Below, piece by piece: positions 24,708 to 31,548 of a DNA stretch of 32,000 nucleotides. Within the stretch, counting starts at the first letter, position 1, and each line of letters starts with the position of its first letter. The stretch lies in contig NZ_CP041730.1 in NCBI RefSeq assembly GCF_007431345.1, positions 1,061,715 through 1,093,714 on the forward strand, in the 5' to 3' direction. The DNA is from Chitinimonas arctica (GTDB lineage Bacteria; Pseudomonadota; Gammaproteobacteria; Burkholderiales; Chitinimonadaceae). A program made the translations under genes and the position numbers. The notes under the pieces were generated by a model. It was not told where the DNA came from, did not search any database, and was given only the letters and a program-made list of their open reading frames with translations.

Positions 24708-25765
24708 CAATGCCCACCCAAGCGACAAAGTTTCGGGCGAAACCTGAGCGCCACCTCTTTGCCGGTCTCGATGGACTCATAGATTGCACTGATCAACTCA
24801 AGACTGCGGCGGCCGACCAAACCATCGACTAGGTGCTGCCTTTTATTGGCAATACAATCAACAACATGCTCGTAGTAGGCTTGGTGGCCAAAACCGTAAA
24901 CATTCGGCGGATTGACCGAATATTTTTCCATCACTTCTTCATCACCCTGCACGGGTTCGACGAAATTCCAGACTTTCATCTTATTAACGGCAAACCCACC
25001 GATTTCGACAGATCCATGCTCGCCCATGATGGAAAGCGAACCTTCCAGGTCCTTGGGACGCACCGCGGTGGTCGCCTCAATGATGCCCAGCGCGCCATTC
25101 TTGAATCGCAGCGTCACAACCGCGGTATCTTCCGCCTCGATATTGGCGAGTGCCTTGGTGCTCATGGCAAAGACGCTATCCACGTCCCCAAGCATCCACT
25201 CCAGCAAGTCGACATGATGGCTCGCCTGGTTGGTCAATACGCCGCCATCCAGGGCCCAGGTACCTCGCCACGGGTCCTGATCGTAGTAGGATTGCGGGCG
25301 ACACCACCGCACTCGAACAGTACCCATGACAAGCTTACCGAAGCGTCCCGCTTCCAGGGCTTCGCGGGTTTTGACGACCGGTACATTGAAGCGGTTTTGC
25401 TTGACGACGAAGAGTTTGACGCCCGCTCTGTCGCAGGCGCGAATCATTGCGTCCGCATCGTCCAATGTCAGCGCCATCGGCTTTTCGACGACGATATGCT
25501 TACCATACTGTGCTAAAGCCACTACATGCTCGGCATGTCTGCCACTTTCCGTCAGGACCACGACAACGTCGATTTTTTCCTGGCGCATCATTTCATGCAT
25601 ATCCAGATAATGCGGAACAGAAAATTCAACACCGATCTTTCGTGCTTTCGATTCAACGATATCGCAAACAGCCGCCAGACGCGCATTGGGAATCTGCTCA
25701 TAACCCAATAGTTCCGAGTGGCGCTTGGCAATCCGGCCACAACCTACCAGTGCAAAATTCAACAT
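24707..25765 (-). CDS. Gfo/Idh/MocA NAD-dependent sugar-nucleotide 3-dehydrogenase, WbpB/WlbA-like
   Basis: FALVGCGRIAKRH Rossmann N-terminus and an EKPMALT motif. AAGGAAAGG RBS upstream of the ATG at 25765. Followed directly by the acetyltransferase and aminotransferase genes. Confidence 0.75.
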   Translation of the reverse strand: MLNFALVGCGRIAKRHSELLGYEQIPNARLAAVCDIVESKARKIGVEFSVPHYLDMHEMMRQEKIDVVVVLTESGRHAEHVVALAQYGKHIVVEKPMALTLDDADAMIRACDRAGVKLFVVKQNRFNVPVVKTREALEAGRFGKLVMGTVRVRWCRPQSYYDQDPWRGTWALDGGVLTNQASHHVDLLEWMLGDVDSVFAMSTKALANIEAEDTAVVTLRFKNGALGIIEATTAVRPKDLEGSLSIMGEHGSVEIGGFAVNKMKVWNFVEPVQGDEEVMEKYSVNPPNVYGFGHQAYYEHVVDCIANKRQHLVDGLVGRRSLELISAIYESIETGKEVALRFRPKLCRLGGH

Positions 25766-25839
25766 GTACGAAGCCTTTCCTTGGCGAGACAGACCGTCTT
25801 AAAATTCGGACACACCTGGCAATCATAGTCACGGCTGAC

Positions 25840-25873
25840 CGATAAAAAAAAGCGCTCGCATTTTTATTTATCG
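25840..25873 (-). promoter_or_regulatory. AT-rich imperfect palindrome in the 147-nt wzz-wbpB gap (weak terminator, attenuator or protein-binding site)
   Basis: CGATAAAAAAAAGCGCTCGCATTTTTATTTATCG. The outer arms CGATAAA/TTTATCG pair perfectly, and the inner A-run and T-run pair with one mismatch. This is one of only two gaps longer than 100 nt inside the locus. Confidence 0.3.
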
Positions 25874-25912
25874 ATCCAATACAAAAGCATTTGCAAATCG
25901 AGCGTGTTCCGT

Positions 25913-27124
25913 TCAACGGCTCCAAAGATGCTGGCGCAATACCATCCACCGCGCGGCATCGGACTCATTCTTTTTCGATTTTTCTACCCAATCTCGAACA
26001 AAAACAAACACCACACCCAACAACGCGCCGATCGCTAGCGCAAACATGCAAATCAACGCCCTTTTTGGCGAGCTTTTTCTTTCAGGCTCCAGGGCCTTAT
26101 CCAATACCTGAATCAAGGCGGCGTTCTTTCCTTCTTCCACCTTGGCAATTTCAAATTGCTTCGCCAACACTTCGAATATGGTTTCTCTATACTTTACTTC
26201 CCGCAACATACGAACAAACTCCAGACCCGCGCGGGGAATTTTTTTCGTGGCGATGAATACCTCATCGGTACTCTCCGGCGTCTGTAGTTTTTCCAACTGC
26301 TTCTTTAACCCTTCCAGCTCGCTGGTGGCAAACTGCACATCGGGATTCTTCTCCGTGGCAAAAGTGGCCATCGTCTGGATCTGAAGTTCCTTTGCGGAAA
26401 TTTGCCCGCGTAAATTGGCAATCGTTTCGATACTTGCCCGGCTTTGGTCATCCAGTCGTATCAGGCCGGTTCTCTCCTGCAGATCCCGCATCTGCACTTC
26501 TGCCTTCGCCAGCTGATCTTTTGCCAGACCCATTTGGCGCTCAAAGAAAACCCGCTTTTGGGAAGCTTCCGTCACCGCGATACGCTGGGTAAGCTTATAT
26601 AGCTCATCGATATAGCCATTTGCCAACGCGGCCGCGAACTTGGGATCCCTATCCTCGACATCGATGGTAATCAAACCGTCTTTCCCCGTGCCTATGGTTG
26701 TGCGGGTCTTCAGGACCGCACGTGCTTCAACCCATTTTTTCTTCTCGTACCTTTTGATCAGATCAAATCGCCGAATCATTTCATCGGCAACCGTTCTGCT
26801 TCTCAGCATCCCCACGTATAAATCGTTTGGATTCTTGATGCCGGCAATGCCGCCTGCGGCGCCTCCCAGCAAGCCGCCCAGCTGAGCAGCCATGGCTGCA
26901 GCACCGCTTTGTCCCTGCTGGGGCGGAAGGATCTTCGTCGTCGCCATATAGCTATTTGGAATCAGCAGCGAAACAAGGGTCGCGAGCAAGCCCACGGATA
27001 GCGAAAGGCCCACGATCAATCGCTTGTTTCTGGCAAGCAATATCAACGCATCCAGGATACCCAACGGCGCAGATGCCTTGGATTGGCCTTCTTCAAAATT
27101 CCCCACCATGACCGATTCCGTCAT
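25913..27124 (-). CDS. wzz: Polysaccharide co-polymerase (PCP, Wzz/chain-length determinant family) without a kinase domain
   Basis: TM1 is LIVGLSLSVGLLATLVSLLIP. A long coiled-coil periplasmic region follows. The exact PCP signature lies before TM2: PERKSSPK, then 11 residues, then GALLG (SPKX11GXXXG). Start is ATG 27124 (TGATG overlap) or GTG 27127. Confidence 0.85.
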   Translation of the reverse strand: MTESVMVGNFEEGQSKASAPLGILDALILLARNKRLIVGLSLSVGLLATLVSLLIPNSYMATTKILPPQQGQSGAAAMAAQLGGLLGGAAGGIAGIKNPNDLYVGMLRSRTVADEMIRRFDLIKRYEKKKWVEARAVLKTRTTIGTGKDGLITIDVEDRDPKFAAALANGYIDELYKLTQRIAVTEASQKRVFFERQMGLAKDQLAKAEVQMRDLQERTGLIRLDDQSRASIETIANLRGQISAKELQIQTMATFATEKNPDVQFATSELEGLKKQLEKLQTPESTDEVFIATKKIPRAGLEFVRMLREVKYRETIFEVLAKQFEIAKVEEGKNAALIQVLDKALEPERKSSPKRALICMFALAIGALLGVVFVFVRDWVEKSKKNESDAARWMVLRQHLWSR

Positions 27125-29583
27125 CACAGTCCTTTCAACACCTTAAGACCCGCAACACCGGTCGCAAACTGGAAGAATATCTGGGACCAATCCTTCAGTT
27201 CCTTGGTCAAATTGAATCGTTCCTCCAGCCTTTCGGGCATAACGATTGCATCGCCAGGCATCAATTTTTGTCCACCCAGGCTACTTAGCCAGCCACTTTG
27301 CCGCTTGCTTAATACCGTACCGTCCGCACGCAATACGAACATACTGGATTCGTCAGCATCGCGAGTCGGCCCGCCCGACTGGCGTAGATAGTCTTCGAAT
27401 CGCTTCTCGGATTTGAAGATAAATGCGCCGGGGTTGAAAACCGCACCGAACACGCTAATGGAGCCAGACGCATTGGGGATGACTATCTTATCGCCGTCCT
27501 CCAAAGCGATATCCGGCAGTTGTTTTACATCCGGAGGAAGCAGCTCGGCCGGCATCTCAAGCGATACGCGACCGGTTGCCTTGATCTGGCGCAATTTATT
27601 CAAAAGCCCGCGCTGCTGCTCAGCTTCTACCTTGGCACTTTGAGCTTCTTCTGCATTCATTGCCTTTTGGCTTTTATTTACTGCCGTACGCTCCAGATCA
27701 CGCTCCAGCCTATCCACCGAATCATCCAACTGCTTTTGTTGTAGTACGCGGACGGACTCCCGACTGAACTCGGTGCCGAACAAATAGGCATTCGATGTCA
27801 AACCGCCAATACGCGTTACCAGCTTTTGCAATGTTTCACCTTGCTCCAGCTTATATATACCAGGCGTAACGAACTCACCTTCCAGGCGAATGTACTTCGA
27901 CTGCTTTTCTACCGGAACACGAATATCATCCTTGGAGAAGATCGTTACTACGTCATTTGGCTGAAGGAGCAAATTGTGCTGTACGTCGCCCTTCAAAGCC
28001 AACCCCAGACTAAATGGCAACAGGTCGCTACTGCCGTCATCGGCAACGCGTTCAATCACGGCATAATCCAGATTGACCGCTTCTGCGCGCTGAATGCTGG
28101 CGAAGGCATTTTCGTCTTTTGGATCTACTCCCTGCAGCGGAGTGAAATTCCTGTTGGGTGGATTTATTCCATTGATTTTTCGAGGACCATTCCTTGGCGT
28201 GATCTTGCCTCCTCCCCGATACATTGCCTGCACCATCGCATTTTGCGCATCCACGGAATCGTCTTGCGCATCCATCCGATTACGATCCGTCCAATAGCTA
28301 CGCGATATCAGGGATTCCATGCTGGGGACGATATCGCTTATACGAATCCCCTTACGCCAGGTAAAACGTTCCGGCTGGTTCACAAAACCGCGCAGCGTGA
28401 TTGAATTGGCAAACTTGGGCGCGATGGGATAAACGGTCACCACATCACCATCCTTGACGGCACCTGACTGGCCTGCCGCATCGAGCTTCAATTCCTCTAC
28501 CTTGCGGGTCTTACGGTTATCGATTCGTTCAATCGTCACCTTCAATCCATCGGCAAGGCTACTCAAGCCGCCACTCCAGGCAATCAGATCCTTGAGCGAA
28601 GCTTCGCCTTCAGGCAACTCATAGATGCCGGCCGTGTTGATACTGCCGCTGATTGCAGCCACCTTGCCCACCGGTGGGATATAGATGACATCGCCGGGCA
28701 GGAGCGGACGATCCTTGGTCTTGTCGCCACGCAGCAAGAGGTCATACAGATCCATTTCACTGATGACCTTGTCGCCACGCTTAAGCTGGATTTTACGCAT
28801 CGACCCTCTGGTGGACGGACCACCGGCGGCGAAGATCGCATTGACCAGGGTACTGAGGGAGCTCACCGTGTAGACACCCGGACGCTGTGCCTGTCCCACC
28901 ACGAAGACCTGGATGGAGCGCAACTGCCCCAAGGTAACCGACAGCTCGAAGTTCTTGAAGGTGCGGCTGAAGGCGGTGGAAAGATAGCCTTGCAGTTCCT
29001 GGTAGCGAATGCCCGCGACATTGAACACGCCAACCCGTGGGATATTCACCGTGCCATTTCGATCGACCACCGCCCGAATATCGATATCAATCTGTCCCCA
29101 GGCACGTATCCAGATCTCGTCGCCCGGTCCGATCGTGTAATCGGAGGTAACCGGCACATTGTCTACCGGGGCGAAGGTATCCGGCGAATTGCGAAATAAC
29201 TGGTAGCCGAACAGGGGCAGCAATTTGCCGGTCGAATCGTAGACAAAGCGCTGGAACTCGGTCTGCTCCGGTAATTGCTGGCGAATCGGCTGGCCCATGC
29301 GTTGCTCATCGCCGCCAAGCGCGTCGCCGAGCGGCCGCTGCGCACCCTTATTGGTGCGCGTACCACGCATGGGATCATTGCCGGCCCCCTGGATATCGAT
29401 GGTGGGTCTGGCTGATGATTCTTGACCAAAAGATTTGCCTACAATCCCAAGCCGCTGTTCTCGCATTGCCGGGTCCGCCGCCAGATCGATATCGTCCGCG
29501 CTTACCGCAAAAGAAACACACACTGCGAGCAAGGAAACGAAGCGGCTTGCCCAACTGCATAAAGCATTCTTGGTCAATGTCAT
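27124..29583 (-). CDS. Large outer-membrane polysaccharide export protein (OPX; Poly_export domain plus multiple SLBB domains), KpsD/OtnA-like non-lipoprotein type
   Basis: The signal peptide ends AVSA|DD, and LAVC is a poor lipobox. Poly_export motif YTIGPGDEIWIRAWGQ. There are several SLBB-like units (PGVYTV..., AGIYELPEG..., PGIYKLEQGETL..., GDKIVIP, PGDAIVMP). 819 aa. Confidence 0.85.
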   Translation of the reverse strand: MTLTKNALCSWASRFVSLLAVCVSFAVSADDIDLAADPAMREQRLGIVGKSFGQESSARPTIDIQGAGNDPMRGTRTNKGAQRPLGDALGGDEQRMGQPIRQQLPEQTEFQRFVYDSTGKLLPLFGYQLFRNSPDTFAPVDNVPVTSDYTIGPGDEIWIRAWGQIDIDIRAVVDRNGTVNIPRVGVFNVAGIRYQELQGYLSTAFSRTFKNFELSVTLGQLRSIQVFVVGQAQRPGVYTVSSLSTLVNAIFAAGGPSTRGSMRKIQLKRGDKVISEMDLYDLLLRGDKTKDRPLLPGDVIYIPPVGKVAAISGSINTAGIYELPEGEASLKDLIAWSGGLSSLADGLKVTIERIDNRKTRKVEELKLDAAGQSGAVKDGDVVTVYPIAPKFANSITLRGFVNQPERFTWRKGIRISDIVPSMESLISRSYWTDRNRMDAQDDSVDAQNAMVQAMYRGGGKITPRNGPRKINGINPPNRNFTPLQGVDPKDENAFASIQRAEAVNLDYAVIERVADDGSSDLLPFSLGLALKGDVQHNLLLQPNDVVTIFSKDDIRVPVEKQSKYIRLEGEFVTPGIYKLEQGETLQKLVTRIGGLTSNAYLFGTEFSRESVRVLQQKQLDDSVDRLERDLERTAVNKSQKAMNAEEAQSAKVEAEQQRGLLNKLRQIKATGRVSLEMPAELLPPDVKQLPDIALEDGDKIVIPNASGSISVFGAVFNPGAFIFKSEKRFEDYLRQSGGPTRDADESSMFVLRADGTVLSKRQSGWLSSLGGQKLMPGDAIVMPERLEERFNLTKELKDWSQIFFQFATGVAGLKVLKGL

Positions 29584-29783
29584 CTATCCACAGCCTCAAG
29601 ACTCAAATCGGTGACGAATACCGCGTCACCTCCAAAGATCGACGGTCGTTCCTGTCTACGCAACTTCGTTCCTGCAAGCGAGGCGGCAACTGCCCTGTAG
29701 GCCGCATTCAGCATGACTATAGCAAGCATATGTTGCCGGAATGCACTGGAAAATTTGGCGGTTGCACTCGCTTGTAAGTCCAT
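29580..29783 (-). CDS. Hypothetical 67-aa leader ORF translationally coupled to the OPX gene
   Basis: ATG at 29783. The stop forms ATGA with the OPX start at 29583. No recognisable SD, signal peptide or family, so support is positional only. Confidence 0.25.
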   Translation of the reverse strand: MDLQASATAKFSSAFRQHMLAIVMLNAAYRAVAASLAGTKLRRQERPSIFGGDAVFVTDLSLEAVDR

Positions 29784-29997
29784 GCACTGGCAAAAATAGC
29801 GTTAGAAAACACTGATTTATGTCAGTCTGCAGCTGTCATATCTCGTGCTTTCAACGGTTTAACCGCCCTACCCCGCCCCACCTCCGCCACCAAAAGCCAG
29901 TCTTCAGGCCGATTGGGCCCCGGCGCGGCGCGTATCGCTTATCCAACAACCCCGCTAAACTTCCCGCCTGATTCCGCAAGACACAGGACTTTCCACC
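29784..29997. promoter_or_regulatory. Divergent intergenic region between the polysaccharide operon (-) and trpS (+), containing a 30-nt C-rich/G-rich tract
   Basis: The only place a promoter for the minus-strand operon can sit. CCGCCCTACCCCGCCCCACCTCCGCCACC lies at 29863-29892. No confident -35/-10 pair was identified by eye. Confidence 0.4.
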
Positions 29998-31299
29998 ATG
30001 ACTCTGCGCGTACTGACCGGTATCACCACCACCGGCACGCCCCACCTCGGCAACTATGTCGGGGCCATTCGCCCAGCCATCGCCGCCAGCCGCCTGCCCG
30101 CTAGCGATTGCTTCTTTTTCCTGGCCGACTACCACGCACTGATCAAATGCGACGATCCGGCCCGCATCGAGCGTTCGCGCCTGGAAATCGCCGCAACCTG
30201 GCTGGCCGCCGGGCTCGATGCCGAGCGGGTCACCTTCTATCGCCAGAGCGATGTCCCGGAAGTCACCGAGCTCAACTGGCTGCTGACCTGCGTGACCGCC
30301 AAGGGCCAGATGAACCGCGCGCATGCCTACAAGGCATCGGCCGATGCCAACGAGGCGGCCGGCGAGGAGACCGATGCCGGCATCAGCATGGGCCTGTTCT
30401 GCTACCCCATCCTGATGGCGGCCGATATCCTGCTGTTCAATGCGCACAAGGTGCCGGTGGGCCGCGACCAGATCCAGCATATCGAGATGGCCCGCGACGT
30501 GGCGCAGCGTTTCAACCATCTGTTCGGGCAAGGCCGCGAACTGTTCGTGCTGCCCGAGGCGGTGATCGAGGAACATGTCGCCACCCTGCCCGGCCTGGAT
30601 GGCCGCAAGATGTCCAAGAGCTACGACAACACCATTCCGCTATTCGAAGGCGGCGCCCGTGGCTTGAAGGACGCCATTGCCCGTATCGTGACCGACTCGC
30701 GGCTGCCCGGTGAGCCCAAGGACCCCGAAGGCAACGCCCTGGTTGCCATCTACGAAGCCTTCGGCAGCCCCGAGGAAACCGCCGCCTTCCGCGCCGACCT
30801 GCTGGCCGGCCTGGGCTGGGGCGAAGCCAAGCAAAGACTGTTCGAGCGGGTCGAGCGCGATATTGCCCCGATGCGTGCGCATTACGCCGAGCTGATGGCC
30901 CACCCGGAACGGATCGAGGAAGCCCTCCAGATCGGTGCCCGTAAAGCCCGCGTGCAGGCTTCCCAGCTGCTCGCCACTCTGCGCGAAGCGGTGGGCCTGC
31001 GCAGCTTGCGCGCGGTGCAGACCGCCGCGCCGGCGGCCGATGCCGCCAAGCCGCAACTGGCCGTGTTCAAGCAATATCGCGAAGCCGATGGCCGCTTCTA
31101 TTTCAAGCTGACCGCCCACGACGGACGCGTACTGCTGCAGAGCCAGGGCTTCGAGCAAGGCCGCGAGGCGGGGCAATGGGTGGGCAAGCTCAAGCAAAGC
31201 GGCGCCGCGGTGCTGGCGGAAGCACCGGTCCAGCTGGGCACGGGTATCGATGCCGAGGAAGTCACGGCTGCGCTGGCGCTGTTGGCTGCAACGGAGTAA
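29998..31299 (+). CDS. trpS: Tryptophan--tRNA ligase with a C-terminal YegP/DUF1508-like extension
   Basis: Class I signatures TPHLGNY (HIGH-type) and KMSKS, plus [13 protein letters not shown]. At 433 aa it is longer than the roughly 330-345 aa I recall for bacterial TrpRS. The tail [29 protein letters not shown] (from about nt 31060) resembles a DUF1508 repeat. Confidence 0.9.
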   Translation: MTLRVLTGITTTGTPHLGNYVGAIRPAIAASRLPASDCFFFLADYHALIKCDDPARIERSRLEIAATWLAAGLDAERVTFYRQSDVPEVTELNWLLTCVTAKGQMNRAHAYKASADANEAAGEETDAGISMGLFCYPILMAADILLFNAHKVPVGRDQIQHIEMARDVAQRFNHLFGQGRELFVLPEAVIEEHVATLPGLDGRKMSKSYDNTIPLFEGGARGLKDAIARIVTDSRLPGEPKDPEGNALVAIYEAFGSPEETAAFRADLLAGLGWGEAKQRLFERVERDIAPMRAHYAELMAHPERIEEALQIGARKARVQASQLLATLREAVGLRSLRAVQTAAPAADAAKPQLAVFKQYREADGRFYFKLTAHDGRVLLQSQGFEQGREAGQWVGKLKQSGAAVLAEAPVQLGTGIDAEEVTAALALLAATE

Positions 31300-31367
31300 G
31301 GCGAAGCCCACTTATGCTGGCGCTGGCCAGGATCGAAGTGCGGGGGCGTAGATCCCTACCGTAAGGA

Positions 31368-31393
31368 ATCCCGGCCTGCGCCGGGATTTTTTT
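31368..31393 (+). terminator. Rho-independent terminator of trpS
   Basis: AATCCCGGC-CTGC-GCCGGGATT forms an 8-bp stem (31368-31375 with 31380-31387) and a 4-nt loop, followed by TTTTTT. Confidence 0.85.
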
Positions 31394-31395
31394 GT

Positions 31396-31548
31396 CCGCT
31401 GTTAATTTATTTCATTTAAAAACAAACATTTAAATAAATTTATAAAAATATTTTTAGATATCGCTAAACATTCTGAGTTCCCGAACGGAGCCATTGTCTT
31501 AACCAGTCGCCCGGCAACCGGCGACCAACCGTTCATGGAATCAGCAAG
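31396..31548 (+). promoter_or_regulatory. AT-rich island with short palindromes and direct repeats; presumed promoter/regulatory region of the downstream exoprotein gene
   Basis: Sharp composition drop after the terminator. CATTTAAA is repeated at 31413 and 31427. Palindromes ATAAATTTAT (31434-31443) and TAAAAATATTTTTA (31443-31456). Confidence 0.45.

Noticed and set aside
29851-30576. 241-aa minus-strand ORF opposite the 5' half of trpS
   Set aside because: This is a shadow ORF typical of GC-rich DNA, with an Arg/Gly/Ala/His-rich nonsense-like sequence. The plus-strand frame carries unambiguous class I synthetase motifs (TPHLGN, KMSKS).
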